Positions 37,222 to 47,315 of a stretch of 54,129 nucleotides of DNA are shown one piece after another. Source of the DNA: Patescibacteria group bacterium. Its GTDB lineage: Bacteria > Patescibacteriota > Minisyncoccia > Phycocordibacterales > UBA918. The stretch's first letter is position 1, and each line of letters starts with the position of its first letter. The DNA is taken from the NCBI GenBank assembly GCA_038065355.1, contig JBBTRC010000012.1:1-54129 (forward strand), given 5' to 3'. A program made the position numbers and the translations under genes. Under the pieces are notes generated by a model that was not told where the DNA came from, ran no database searches, and saw only the letters and a list, made by a program, of their open reading frames with translations.

Positions 37222-38396
37222 ACGAGAATTTTTTTAACGATAGTATGCACTATTTCCATAAGGCCAGGTAGCGGATCTCGCCACGACCAGACGTCTTTGA
37301 GGGTGAAGAACGTGTCGAATAAAAACATTCTGAGAGCTGACCATCGACTTGGATAGAGCGTCGGCCGGAGCGGATCATGTGTGAAGAGGACAGAGAGGAG
37401 CCAGCGAGCATCACCGAGCCAGTGCTGTGTTCTTTGCACCGTCCTTCTAGTTGGCGTGGCTTTCTTTTTGAGCAATTGTCCAGTCGCACACTCGGCATAA
37501 CGCTCTACAAAGGGCACTCCCGCCCGCAGTGCGAGCGGAAGCGAACCCCAGAAGCGCCCGTTGACCTCCATGAGGTACATTTTTTTAGTCTGCGTGTCCT
37601 GTTTAAACTCCACCATCATTGGACCGTTCCAGACCGTAGCTACCGCAAGCGCGGCCGCGTATCGTGTAACCTCTTTGAGTATTACGATATCAGCGAGCAC
37701 CTGCTTCACTGTCGCCGCGCCGCCGCGGGGAGATAAAGATCGAACACGCTCATGAGCAAACTGTAGTAAAACCACTCCGTCTTTACACAGGAACTCCACG
37801 CCGTATTCCTTTCCTACCACGAGCTTTTGTACGATAGCTGGCAGTCCGGTCGTTGCGTCTATTTCCGTCTCGACGGCGCTCTTTTCTGCTTCATTAAACA
37901 CGATGGTCGCGGTTCTATTCACTCCTTTCAAAGAGTGCCACGATACGCTCACCCGCGGCTTTACGACGCAGGGAAAGCCTGTGTCGGCTGTCCAATCTGG
38001 AATAGCGGGAATGTGAAGTGTGCGCGCCAAATCGTAGGTTTTCTTTTTATCAAAGAGAGTCTCGACTGCTTCCGGCGATGATAAAAAGAGTTGGCAGGTC
38101 TTTGCCAGTTCTTCTCTATATTCGTACACAGTGAGGTGGGTCGCGTCCGAAAAGGTCAGAATGATCGGCTTTTCTTTGAGCGAAGCTGCCTGCTTCGCGA
38201 GGTCAGCCACGAACGCGGCGCGGTCACTCTGCGGTCGGGTGTAGGTGAAGCTTCCGGAGGCGGCGCGGGAGTAGCGCGCCGGAGCGCTTCCGTACGCCGA
38301 ACCGACCAGCACCGTCACACCGGCGCTCGCCAGCTCCCGCGCCGCACTGAGTGCGCTTTTCTGTTCACCATCTAAGACGAGCGCGTACATACTCAC
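37218..38396 (-). CDS. ATP-grasp domain protein
   Basis: FPCVVKP, IVQKLVVG, MVEFK, LMEVNGRFWGS. Confidence 0.88.
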   Translation of the reverse strand: MSMYALVLDGEQKSALSAARELASAGVTVLVGSAYGSAPARYSRAASGSFTYTRPQSDRAAFVADLAKQAASLKEKPIILTFSDATHLTVYEYREELAKTCQLFLSSPEAVETLFDKKKTYDLARTLHIPAIPDWTADTGFPCVVKPRVSVSWHSLKGVNRTATIVFNEAEKSAVETEIDATTGLPAIVQKLVVGKEYGVEFLCKDGVVLLQFAHERVRSLSPRGGAATVKQVLADIVILKEVTRYAAALAVATVWNGPMMVEFKQDTQTKKMYLMEVNGRFWGSLPLALRAGVPFVERYAECATGQLLKKKATPTRRTVQRTQHWLGDARWLLSVLFTHDPLRPTLYPSRWSALRMFLFDTFFTLKDVWSWRDPLPGLMEIVHTIVKKILV

Positions 38397-39550
38397 ACTG
38401 AGGTAAGCTCTTCAAAAAAGAGTTCCATCTCTCGACTCACCTTTTCCCAATTGTATATATCAATCACCATCCGTTTAGCTTTTGATTTAATGCGGGCAAT
38501 TTCTCCTCCATCAAGTGTTCGAATCGCGTTGATGGTGCCTGCGATACTCTCCCGACTGCCGATTTCAACCATAAAGCCAGTTTCGCGGTCGGTCAAAAAA
38601 TCAGGAATGCCGCCGGCTCTGGTGCCGACCGTTAGCAACCCGGCGGCCATAGCCTCTAAGAATGCGTTGCCGAGACCTTCAGTATGCGACGGTCTGATGA
38701 ATATGTCTGACGCCTGAAGCAGAAGGGGTAATTTGCGCGGCTCTACAAAGCCAAGAAAACGCACCCTGTCCGCGACCCCAAGCTCACTCACCTGCTGTTT
38801 GATTTCGGCTTCAAGCGAACCACTGCCGCACACAACAAAGCACACGTCCTTCGGCAAGAGCGGCAGAGCTGTGACGACATCGCCGATGCCGTTTTTCTTT
38901 TCCAGCCGAGAACTAGTGATCAGGATTGTGTTGGCGGCCGGAAACCCGAATGACGCCCGTGCTTCTTTAATTTCGTCAGGGGAATAAGTCTTTGTAAACG
39001 CTTCGATAGCCACACCATTTGGTATCACTTTGCCAGCAGAACCCTTGTATCCCATATCTCTTCCCCACTTCATAAGGTAGTGAGAAATTGCTTGCACTCC
39101 ATCGGCGGTTTTGAAAATGTTGTTGAAGGCGCGTCGGACTAGCCTCACCCGGCTGTAAATGTGTTCAAACGAGTCACCCTCCTGCAGGGTGAGTAGAAAA
39201 GGTAATTTTGTCTGGCGCTTCACCCTGACGGCGGCAAAGGCGCCGTAGCTGGCCATGATCGACCAGATAAGGTCGTACGTGTGTTTTTTCATGAGCTGGT
39301 GCGCAACGAGATGCCCGAAGAGTGCCAAAAGGATTCCATCCACCCGCGGTATGCCAAAACCAATCCGATAGATGTGCACGTTTTTAACTGTCTCAAATCG
39401 CTTGGCGGAGGGTCGGAGGCGGGCGGAGATGAGATCAAACTCAATGTGCGGCAAGCGTTCGCTGATATTGCCAAATGCCTGTTCGGCGCCGCCCGCCGGA
39501 TAGAGGTGGTCGTCGGTTGAAAATACCAGCACGCGGGTTACCTTTTTCAT
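38393..39550 (-). CDS. Glycosyltransferase family 4
   Basis: GGAEQA, SSRLEKKNG, EGLGNAFLEAM; ATGA overlap with the upstream gene. Confidence 0.92.
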   Translation of the reverse strand: MKKVTRVLVFSTDDHLYPAGGAEQAFGNISERLPHIEFDLISARLRPSAKRFETVKNVHIYRIGFGIPRVDGILLALFGHLVAHQLMKKHTYDLIWSIMASYGAFAAVRVKRQTKLPFLLTLQEGDSFEHIYSRVRLVRRAFNNIFKTADGVQAISHYLMKWGRDMGYKGSAGKVIPNGVAIEAFTKTYSPDEIKEARASFGFPAANTILITSSRLEKKNGIGDVVTALPLLPKDVCFVVCGSGSLEAEIKQQVSELGVADRVRFLGFVEPRKLPLLLQASDIFIRPSHTEGLGNAFLEAMAAGLLTVGTRAGGIPDFLTDRETGFMVEIGSRESIAGTINAIRTLDGGEIARIKSKAKRMVIDIYNWEKVSREMELFFEELTSV

Positions 39551-40413
39551 AGCGGCTCTGTGAGCGAAGCGATGTAATCTGGCAAATTGTATTTTGGCTT
39601 CCATCCAAGCTCAAGGAGTGCTCGGTGCACGTCAACGCTCGACGTCATACGGTTACCCGGACGTTCTTCGAGCATTTCTACTTCGCCGCCAAATAATTCC
39701 GCCACCTCAAGCACCGAATACGAATCACTATGTCCCAAGCCATACTCATCGCCCTCTCCGCGCTCACCGACCAAGAGAAGACCCTCCACAATATCAAAGA
39801 CATGCGTGAAGTTGCGGCGTTGCGTACCTGGCCGCCGCACTGTGAGTTTTTCTTTTTTTGCACACTTGTCGGCAAAAATAGCGATGAGCGTACCGGAGTG
39901 GCTGTCGCTCCGTTCACGCGGGCCGTACACGTTGTAGAAGTAGGTAATCGCATAGTTGATGCCATACCAGTCGCCGTACCGTTGCACCAAGCTGGTGTTC
40001 GAAGCTTTCGTCCAGGCATACGGACTCTGATCTTTCCCGATGCCGGCATCAGCAAATTTGGTGGAGGAACCGGCGTAGATGAGTTTCGCACCTCCGGCGC
40101 GTACAAATTCAAGCACAGCCGCCGTGCCGGAGATATTGGAATCGATCACCGTCGCGATGTCCTCAAAACTCTGCTCCACCCGCGCGTACTCACCCAAGTG
40201 AAAGACGAGCTCAACCTTGTCTGTTACTAAATCGGCAACGTCTTTAGTGTGTCCTTTGATGTAGGTCACGCCATCGATATGATTGCTTTGGCTACCGGTT
40301 GAATAATTATCAAGAGAAATTACCTCGTGGCCCTCACGTACCAGTCGTTCACACAAATGCGAGCCAATAAAGCCAGCGCCGCCGGTCACTAGAATTCGTT
40401 TCGCGTTATTCAT
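39547..40413 (-). CDS. NAD-dependent epimerase/dehydratase
   Basis: TGGAGFIGS, SPYAWTK, YNVYGP, RNFTHV. Confidence 0.92.
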   Translation of the reverse strand: MNNAKRILVTGGAGFIGSHLCERLVREGHEVISLDNYSTGSQSNHIDGVTYIKGHTKDVADLVTDKVELVFHLGEYARVEQSFEDIATVIDSNISGTAAVLEFVRAGGAKLIYAGSSTKFADAGIGKDQSPYAWTKASNTSLVQRYGDWYGINYAITYFYNVYGPRERSDSHSGTLIAIFADKCAKKEKLTVRRPGTQRRNFTHVFDIVEGLLLVGERGEGDEYGLGHSDSYSVLEVAELFGGEVEMLEERPGNRMTSSVDVHRALLELGWKPKYNLPDYIASLTEPL

Positions 40414-40437
40414 ACAAGTATTAAATAGTACCAAATA

Positions 40438-41862
40438 TCACACCAGTTCGTTACGCGGTGCGCGCACAATCAAGGCTAAAATGGCGACGGTCAAGAGCCC
40501 AATGAGGCCGAGATAGGGCCATTTTTGTGCCACCGGCGACTCTACTGTGGCGGCGAGAAGCGGCACTTCTTTTGTCACCAGCGGAGCTTCGAACAGAATG
40601 AGCGGAGTAACCGTGCTTGAAGTTCCCACTCTTTCAGCGAAGCGAAAGGCTTCGCTTTTTTCATTTACAGCGGTCGGAGTAGAGACAGCGCTGATGTGTG
40701 GTGCTGGTGTCACGACACTCTCGCTGGCCGTAGCGAGCGCCACACTGGCGCGAAGTCGGTGTGGTAGCCAGGTGTAGAGGAGGGCGCTTTCAGTGTCATA
40801 GAGAGCAATGAGCCGTTCGGCCGTGTTGCCAAGCCGCAATCGCGCAATCGTAATCGTTTGGTTGGGTAAAATGATTGATCGAGGTGGAAACGTAAACGTG
40901 CGCTCGCCCCGAATGGTGTAGCCGGAAATATCAATTTCGTATGGTGAGTCATTATTTATCTGCACGTCACCGGTCAGATTTTGCGTCAACGATAGCTCTA
41001 CCGGGAGCACCGTGATTTCGTGCCGAGCCACTTGCGTCTGCCTCGCGTACTCACCTTTTATCGTTGTCACATAGGTACCAGGAAACGCGAACGCGTGCGT
41101 TACTTGTTTCCCATTTGCACTGTCACCGTCTCCAAAGTTCCACTCGTAGACTAACGAATCGCTTAAGTGTCGGCCGATACCTCCCGGCTCCACGTCAAAT
41201 GCGACAGGCTGATGCACGTAGGCAACCATTTGTGCAGTCACGTCCAGTGTGAGTGTCACACCAGGCACTATCAACACGACCGGTTCGCCGCTGTTGCCGG
41301 AATTCTTTTTCTTTGTGGCCGACTCGGTAGTTGACTGGCTTTCGCTAGTGTCTTCTGGCGTTTCCGATGTGTCATTTGACGAAACTTGATGGTTCGAAGC
41401 GCCTGGAGTCGCTGGCGCGGTTATCCAGCCGGCACTGGTGTACTGGGCAGTTTCTTTGGTGGTGTTATCGCCGCCGATGTTCTGCCAATCGGTGCCTCCG
41501 GCCACTTGGTCCTCAAGTCCTCCATCCGCGCGGGTCAGAGCCAAAGTGGCGCCAGTATTGACGAGCGCGCCGGTATAAATCAAAAATGCCGCGCCCGGCG
41601 CCGACTCATCGCTCGTACGCTCAAGCACAACATAGGCGCCGCCACTGATAGTTCCGGTCAATGTAATAGAAAGATTCATACCGTCAGAAAGCGTCCAACC
41701 AGTGATATCGACCGCTTCACTTGAAGAGTTATACAGCTCCAACCACTCGTCATTGGCCGATACAGCTGAACCCATCCACGCAACCTCATGTATCGTCACC
41801 GCCGCCAAAGAGACGTGAGGAATAAAAATAAAAAACAGAAGAATCAGCCAAGTGATGCGCAT
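40438..41862 (-). CDS. Surface protein with lamin-tail and PKD domains and a C-terminal TM anchor
   Basis: Signal peptide; IHEVAWMG...DEWLELYN...DITGWTL; YEWNFGDG; C-terminal hydrophobic helix. Confidence 0.8.
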   Translation of the reverse strand: MRITWLILLFFIFIPHVSLAAVTIHEVAWMGSAVSANDEWLELYNSSSEAVDITGWTLSDGMNLSITLTGTISGGAYVVLERTSDESAPGAAFLIYTGALVNTGATLALTRADGGLEDQVAGGTDWQNIGGDNTTKETAQYTSAGWITAPATPGASNHQVSSNDTSETPEDTSESQSTTESATKKKNSGNSGEPVVLIVPGVTLTLDVTAQMVAYVHQPVAFDVEPGGIGRHLSDSLVYEWNFGDGDSANGKQVTHAFAFPGTYVTTIKGEYARQTQVARHEITVLPVELSLTQNLTGDVQINNDSPYEIDISGYTIRGERTFTFPPRSIILPNQTITIARLRLGNTAERLIALYDTESALLYTWLPHRLRASVALATASESVVTPAPHISAVSTPTAVNEKSEAFRFAERVGTSSTVTPLILFEAPLVTKEVPLLAATVESPVAQKWPYLGLIGLLTVAILALIVRAPRNELV

Positions 41863-41863
41863 A

Positions 41864-43645
41864 CTACTCGAAGGGTGAACGTTCTTGAAGACTGCCATCG
41901 CGCAACATGCGCTTCACAGTCGCCGCATCGATGGTTGGTCTATCTGTCGCTTCAGTCGTTTTTGTGTGAGGCAACGGCGGCGAGGGAGGGCGTTTTTCGA
42001 TGCGAATAGTCGGGACTGGCTTGGCATTTTCATTCGGAGCCGGTTGGGCCAACGGCACCGCTTCTGACTTTTCCATCACGCCAGCGAGCGCGTCCTTAAG
42101 TGAAGTTTTTTCTCCGTTTGGAACCGGTTTGGTTTGTTCTCGGAGGACGTTGCTTTGTTGACGACTGGTGTCGTGAGCGAGTTTGGCCAAGACAGCTTTT
42201 AGTTCTTCGGGTTTTTTTGTAGGCTCAGAGGTTTTTTTGTTGCGGTCGGGGAATGGTTTTTTGTCGTTGCGTGGTGCGTCTGGCGGCCGCTGGCCGCTTG
42301 GTGGCGCAGGTGACACTTTCCTCTCCGGCTTCGGCCGTTCGGCAGGCAAGGTAGGGTTGTGCAACTCGGCCACAATTTTTTCTACCCCTTCGCGATCGCT
42401 GGCATACTGTGTGCGACTGGCTTCGATGACCATGCCCCGATACGACACCGGCGGTCGCTCAAGCGGCGGCAATGTTTGCGCTGAAAATGGTTGTGAACCA
42501 ATACCGTCAATCATGAGTGTGAGGTATATTTGCGCGAACCCGAGATTTACCAAGTCAGTGGCGATAAACTGCGGAGAAAAAACGGTCTCGAGTACTTCAG
42601 CGTCAAACGGGCCGACCCGAAACGCGATCGTGGTACCGACGTTTCCAAACACTGCGTTGCGCACATCTTCTTCCATTTGCTCAATGTACTGGTGAGCGAT
42701 GATGAGATTGAGGTGATACTTTCGCGCTTCAGAGAGAATGTTGGCAAAGGTAGAGTTGGCAAATGATTGAAATTCGTCCACATAAAAGTAGAAATTCGGC
42801 ATCTGCTTCATGTGCTCGACCGAAAGCTCGGCTCGGCTCATGGCCGCCAAATAAATGCGCGTGGTCAGCATTGAGCCGAGCAAGTTGGCATTTGTTTCAC
42901 CGATCAAGCCTTTCGAAAGATTCATAATGAGAATTTTCTTCTCGTCCATCATCTGGCGGATGTCAAAGCTTGAGTGCGGCTGGCCGATGATGTTGCGAAT
43001 CAGGGGGTTGCCGGTGAATTGGCCGATTTTATTTTGGATCGCCGGCAAGGCTTCAGCCGCAAAGCGTTCGGTGTAGTTGGCGAATTCATCCACCCAAAAA
43101 GCCTTGACGGTGGGATCTTTGGTATACTCGACAACTTTCTTCCGAAATTCTTTGTCAATAAACAAACGGTTGACCGAAAGGAGCGTGGTATCAGGATACT
43201 CAAGCAGAGCCAAAAGCGCGTTGGTGAGAATGTATTCCATACGCGCACTCCAGGCATCAACCCAAATCTTTTTAAAGGTTGACATGAGTCCCGATACGAC
43301 CAAGTGTCGCTTGTCTGCGCCAACGTCTTCCATGACGTTGAATGAGATGGGATGATTCACATCAAACGGTGCAAAGTACACTACGTCTTTCACTCGATGT
43401 TCCGGTACGTACTCAAGCAGTGTCTCCGCCGCCGATCCGTGCGGGTCGATAAAAGCCACGCCCTCGCCATTTAAGATGTCTTGGGCCGCCATATTCTCGA
43501 GGAGCGTTGACTTACCCATGCCGGTCTTGCCGATGACGTACATGTGGCGCTGGCGATCTTTCGCCTTGATTCCAAAAGGGATATTCTGACCGCGCGCGTC
43601 GGTTTTGGCAAAAAATGTGATCTTTTCGGGATCAAATAATGTCAT
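41864..43645 (-). CDS. VirD4/TrwB/HerA-like P-loop ATPase (type IV secretion coupling-protein-like)
   Basis: RHMYVIGKTGMGKS (Walker A), FIDPHG, YVDEFQ (Walker B), LSEARKY, AHQY; Pro/Lys-rich disordered tail. Confidence 0.85.
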   Translation of the reverse strand: MTLFDPEKITFFAKTDARGQNIPFGIKAKDRQRHMYVIGKTGMGKSTLLENMAAQDILNGEGVAFIDPHGSAAETLLEYVPEHRVKDVVYFAPFDVNHPISFNVMEDVGADKRHLVVSGLMSTFKKIWVDAWSARMEYILTNALLALLEYPDTTLLSVNRLFIDKEFRKKVVEYTKDPTVKAFWVDEFANYTERFAAEALPAIQNKIGQFTGNPLIRNIIGQPHSSFDIRQMMDEKKILIMNLSKGLIGETNANLLGSMLTTRIYLAAMSRAELSVEHMKQMPNFYFYVDEFQSFANSTFANILSEARKYHLNLIIAHQYIEQMEEDVRNAVFGNVGTTIAFRVGPFDAEVLETVFSPQFIATDLVNLGFAQIYLTLMIDGIGSQPFSAQTLPPLERPPVSYRGMVIEASRTQYASDREGVEKIVAELHNPTLPAERPKPERKVSPAPPSGQRPPDAPRNDKKPFPDRNKKTSEPTKKPEELKAVLAKLAHDTSRQQSNVLREQTKPVPNGEKTSLKDALAGVMEKSEAVPLAQPAPNENAKPVPTIRIEKRPPSPPLPHTKTTEATDRPTIDAATVKRMLRDGSLQERSPFE

Positions 43646-43669
43646 GACAGCTACAGTATACCACTGTAA

Positions 43670-45181
43670 TTAATGGCTGAAATTATTCTCGACATGCGCC
43701 AGTAATGCCTTCACATCTTCCTTGCGCTCATGAGAACCGAGAAGCACTATCATCACCGTTCTCGTTTCGCCCTGAATCTGAAGTTCGTGAAGGGACACGG
43801 ACGTTTGTCCGGCGGCTGTGGTCTCCCCCACTTTGCCGCCGCGGAAGTTTTCTAAGTTTTCGATTTTATTAAAGTTAATCAAATCAGCAAATTCATTCCC
43901 GACGTATGCACTCGGCATCTGCTCATGGGCGGTGATTTCAAAAATAAACCGTCTCGTATCATACACGTACCGCGTGAGACGATACAGGTCTCCGGGCGTC
44001 GAGACGTTGTCGTCGTTCCGTCCGGCTGGGTCGGAAAAGTGGGTGTGGAGCATGCCAAGCTGTAAAGCCTTCTCATTCATTCGTTCAATAAATACATCAC
44101 GGCCGAGTTGACTGGCGATGACTTCAGCGGCTTCGTTGGAAGACTCGACGAGAAGAAGCTGGAGGAGGCTGTACATGGAAACGCTGCTGCGATCGGAAAG
44201 GCGCGGAATGAGCGACGTGATAAATGTCGGTTCCGTCACTTTGACGCGAGTGTCGAGATTAATCTCCTCGGCTGCTATCACAGCGGTCATGAGTTTTGTT
44301 ACCGACGCGATTGGCGCTTCCTCTTCAAGAGTGCTGGCGGCCAAAATGGTGCCGTTTTGTACGTCGGCGATGAGATAGTGCGGCGCGTCGATGCCAGGAA
44401 CGGCTGGTTCGTAGGTGAACGAGTCGATAAGATTTCGCTCAGCGTGCACCAAAACCGGCGTCGCCACAGAGATGGCCTTATAAATGTCATCAATCGCATC
44501 ATTCGAGAGTCTGATGCCGCCGCCAGTGAATGATTCCTTGACCGTCGACGAGTCTGGATACTCGGGCCAGCCGTGCAGCATATAGTTGCCACCAAAGGTA
44601 ATCGCAGACGGCAAATAGACTTGTGCAAAACTTGAGAATAGCCGAGGCTGTTTGCGCTCAACCTGGTACAGACCAGCTGGCGTGTCCCACCATGAACCTT
44701 TTTCTCCGGTAGCTAAAATGTCTTTGCTAGAGAGCAGTACACCCTTCTCAAAATACCTCACTTGTTTCTGCGATAAATCAATCTCCAGAAATGTGAACGC
44801 CTCATCAATAAAACTATCTCTGGTTTCAATAAAAAAATTTGGTTCGGAGAGGGCAATCTGCGGACCGTATGACAACTCCGTGCGTTCGCTTGTATATGGA
44901 TCAACAATAGTCACTACCGGTGCTGCCGCGAGTTGCTGTTCTACTACAAGGCCGTAGCCGGCAGTGGCAAACACCGCGAGCATAAAAACTGCCGAGAGTG
45001 GGAGGAGTAAGAAAAAAAGAGTGCGCGCTCCCGAGACGAGCATTGGAAGCATTGTCTGCCGCACCTGCGGAAGCGGATGATGCCCTTTACCTTTGCGGGG
45101 AATGAGCGAACCACGTAGCTCTTTTGGGTGATCGTCGTCATATGAGAGCAGTTGAACAGACTTCCTTGAAGTATCAAACAT
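43670..45181 (-). CDS. Fusion of an L,D-transpeptidase-like (YkuD) domain and a D-Ala-D-Ala carboxypeptidase (peptidase S11) domain
   Basis: TPAGLY, LHGWP..., GGGIRL; ASVTK (SxxK), SSN (SxN), KVG. Confidence 0.85.
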   Translation of the reverse strand: MFDTSRKSVQLLSYDDDHPKELRGSLIPRKGKGHHPLPQVRQTMLPMLVSGARTLFFLLLPLSAVFMLAVFATAGYGLVVEQQLAAAPVVTIVDPYTSERTELSYGPQIALSEPNFFIETRDSFIDEAFTFLEIDLSQKQVRYFEKGVLLSSKDILATGEKGSWWDTPAGLYQVERKQPRLFSSFAQVYLPSAITFGGNYMLHGWPEYPDSSTVKESFTGGGIRLSNDAIDDIYKAISVATPVLVHAERNLIDSFTYEPAVPGIDAPHYLIADVQNGTILAASTLEEEAPIASVTKLMTAVIAAEEINLDTRVKVTEPTFITSLIPRLSDRSSVSMYSLLQLLLVESSNEAAEVIASQLGRDVFIERMNEKALQLGMLHTHFSDPAGRNDDNVSTPGDLYRLTRYVYDTRRFIFEITAHEQMPSAYVGNEFADLINFNKIENLENFRGGKVGETTAAGQTSVSLHELQIQGETRTVMIVLLGSHERKEDVKALLAHVENNFSH

Positions 45182-45232
45182 ACCTCAATGATACCTTAAC
45201 AGACGTTTTAAAATGGCACTTTTCTCACAGAT

Positions 45233-45255
45233 AAGCGGCGCCGTAGGCGCCGCTT
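45233..45255 (-). terminator. GC-rich hairpin after the small ORF
   Basis: aagcggcgcc-gta-ggcgccgctt. Confidence 0.65.
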
Positions 45256-45267
45256 TAATAGTCACGA

Positions 45268-45513
45268 TTAGGCCGAACAGTTCATGAGTTCGGCAATCCC
45301 ACGAGCTTTCTTGCGATTTGCGAGCTCTTGCTTAATCGCGTCACACAGTAGAGCGCCGAGACTCGTCTCACCGTTCCGACCAAACTGTTCGAGTGTTCTC
45401 TCTAGCTCGTCGTCGGACATTTGCTCGTAGCGCCGTTTACATGCGACGACGTCTTGCATAGAGCGCTCATGGTCTTGTGTCAGTTGGTTTTGAGGACAAC
45501 AACCAATACCCAT
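45268..45513 (-). CDS. Small hypothetical protein
   Basis: GGAGGTGA 6 nt before ATG, TATAGT further upstream, hairpin downstream. Confidence 0.65.
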   Translation of the reverse strand: MGIGCCPQNQLTQDHERSMQDVVACKRRYEQMSDDELERTLEQFGRNGETSLGALLCDAIKQELANRKKARGIAELMNCSA

Positions 45514-45554
45514 AATGCGTCACCTCCCTTTCCTCTCTTACTATACGACACACA

Positions 45555-46877
45555 TTATTCTTGTACAGCCTCGGCTGTTTCTAAGGCGGCGCGGGTGTAG
45601 ATGTTGCTCGGCGCCCAGATCATCCAGCTCATAACCCCAGCATCATAGCTCGCCTGAATCTCAGCTCGTACGTCGGCCGCGTCGTAGTCGCCGCCATAGT
45701 CAAAATCTTGTATCCAGGTGCGGAATTTTTCGGGGCCGTACGCCGGCTTGCGGTAGCTTGCCGGCGTTGAAGTGCCGAGACGCTCGTGCGCGAAGCCGCG
45801 CATAGGGGTCACCGGCGCTTCCATTCGTTCAACACCAACTTTCATCGCGTGGTACACCACTTGATAGGGGTGATCATTCGGATTTCCTAAACCAAGAAAA
45901 CTATTAGGGTAGTGAGAGGGGTACACCATCGGCGCGATGAAGTCAAAATACGGAGCCGCCCGATCTTGCACTTGGCCAATCGATAGATCATCAAAATTTG
46001 TAGTGGTCATGCCAAAGAGGTCAACCGACGTCCACGGGGTGCTCGATGCCCGACCGGTGTTCTCGTGTCGGTAGCTTAAAAAACGTGACTCGTCATCCAA
46101 CTGTGCATTTAAATATTTGAAAAACGCCTCAAGGTTTGCCTGCCGGTCCATTCCATACTCACTTGCGATACTTTGCGGATAAAAAGTGTCAGCCATATTA
46201 CCGTCAGAGGGATAGCGCACGTAGTCGTAATTTAGTTCGTCAAAACCTAGATTATACGTATCCACTGATAGTGCAAGAATATAGTCCCAGTAGGGTTTCG
46301 CGGCTACATCAATGAAGGTCAACCCCTTAAAATCTCTCCATACCTGTATCCCATCGCCGCGTAGCACCGCCAACTCCGGGTGTTGCGGCGCATAAAATGG
46401 ATCTTGAAAGACGGTAATGCGGCCAATGACAAAAATTCCGTTGTCGTGAAGCATCTCGACCAACTGCCGCATGTCCTTTGTGCCACAACGGGCATTCTGC
46501 CAAGCTGGCTTCAGTGGCTCGGCCGTCGGGGGAAATGAAATGGTGCCGGAATAATCTTTGATGTCTATGATGATGCTATTGATTTCAGTCTCTTGTGCCA
46601 GCCGTACCAACTGCTCTCGAAAACTCGGCGTACCGGCCACACAGGAGGTCATGTAGATTCCTTTCACTTGCTCAGGGAGCGGTATATGTCGAACAATCGG
46701 ACGTGTATCCTCGGGAGTATTTTCTGATATTTCTCGCGACACCGAAGACACAATCGTTGTGTCTGACGCATCCGGCGGTAGTCGTTTGTAGTGCACATCA
46801 AACACTGCCGGCGGAAAAAAAGTGATTGTGGCAAAGACACCAGCCAGAACTAAGAGGGATGTTGCCAAGATGGGCAT
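45555..46877 (-). CDS. Putative glycoside hydrolase (DUF4015-like), membrane anchored
   Basis: VKGIYMT, IIDIKD, RITVFQD, GFDELNYDYVRYP, PMVYPSHY, WIQDF. Confidence 0.85.
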   Translation of the reverse strand: MPILATSLLVLAGVFATITFFPPAVFDVHYKRLPPDASDTTIVSSVSREISENTPEDTRPIVRHIPLPEQVKGIYMTSCVAGTPSFREQLVRLAQETEINSIIIDIKDYSGTISFPPTAEPLKPAWQNARCGTKDMRQLVEMLHDNGIFVIGRITVFQDPFYAPQHPELAVLRGDGIQVWRDFKGLTFIDVAAKPYWDYILALSVDTYNLGFDELNYDYVRYPSDGNMADTFYPQSIASEYGMDRQANLEAFFKYLNAQLDDESRFLSYRHENTGRASSTPWTSVDLFGMTTTNFDDLSIGQVQDRAAPYFDFIAPMVYPSHYPNSFLGLGNPNDHPYQVVYHAMKVGVERMEAPVTPMRGFAHERLGTSTPASYRKPAYGPEKFRTWIQDFDYGGDYDAADVRAEIQASYDAGVMSWMIWAPSNIYTRAALETAEAVQE

Positions 46878-46881
46878 AGGT

Positions 46882-47124
46882 TTATTCTATCGTACGATCA
46901 TCCACGTGCGCGTTGGTCGTTTCGGTGAATGAGTCGGTTCCTCGCTCACCGTTTCCTTTGTCGATGCGGGAGAGGAACACTTTCCGCCGTAACGCGTAAC
47001 CGACCAGGACCAGTACGATACCGATACCGACTATCAAATACTGCCGCCACAAAAGCGGAATGCCCAAAAACGGCACAATAGTAAGCAACATTCCCAGTAA
47101 AAATACAGTTGTTTCGCGTGACAT
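46882..47124 (-). CDS. Small two-TM membrane protein
   Basis: MSRETTVFLLG...PFLGIP..W; TATACT 6 nt upstream of the ATG. Confidence 0.75.
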   Translation of the reverse strand: MSRETTVFLLGMLLTIVPFLGIPLLWRQYLIVGIGIVLVLVGYALRRKVFLSRIDKGNGERGTDSFTETTNAHVDDRTIE

Positions 47125-47208
47125 GGCAGCAGTATACCCTACCCTATCGCGCCTCCACAATCACTACGAATTTAAATGAAGAAAGGAGTGTAACAACTAT
47201 TCTGAATT

Positions 47209-47306
47209 GACCTAATTTTTAATGACTAGAAGGAATATAAAAATGGAAATACTCTTGTGGTGAATGTCTCAATTTTGGACTTTTCCCCGTCCGAAATTGC
47301 TGGACG
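47209..47306. repeat. Dispersed hairpin repeat, copy 1 (module A 47209-47262 plus module B 47266-47306)
   Basis: gacctaatttt...aaaatggaa..ctcttgtggtg followed by gtctcaatttt...gaaattgctggacg; matches 51947-52042 and, for module A, 53377-53435. Confidence 0.85.
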
Positions 47307-47315
47307 CTACCTCTT

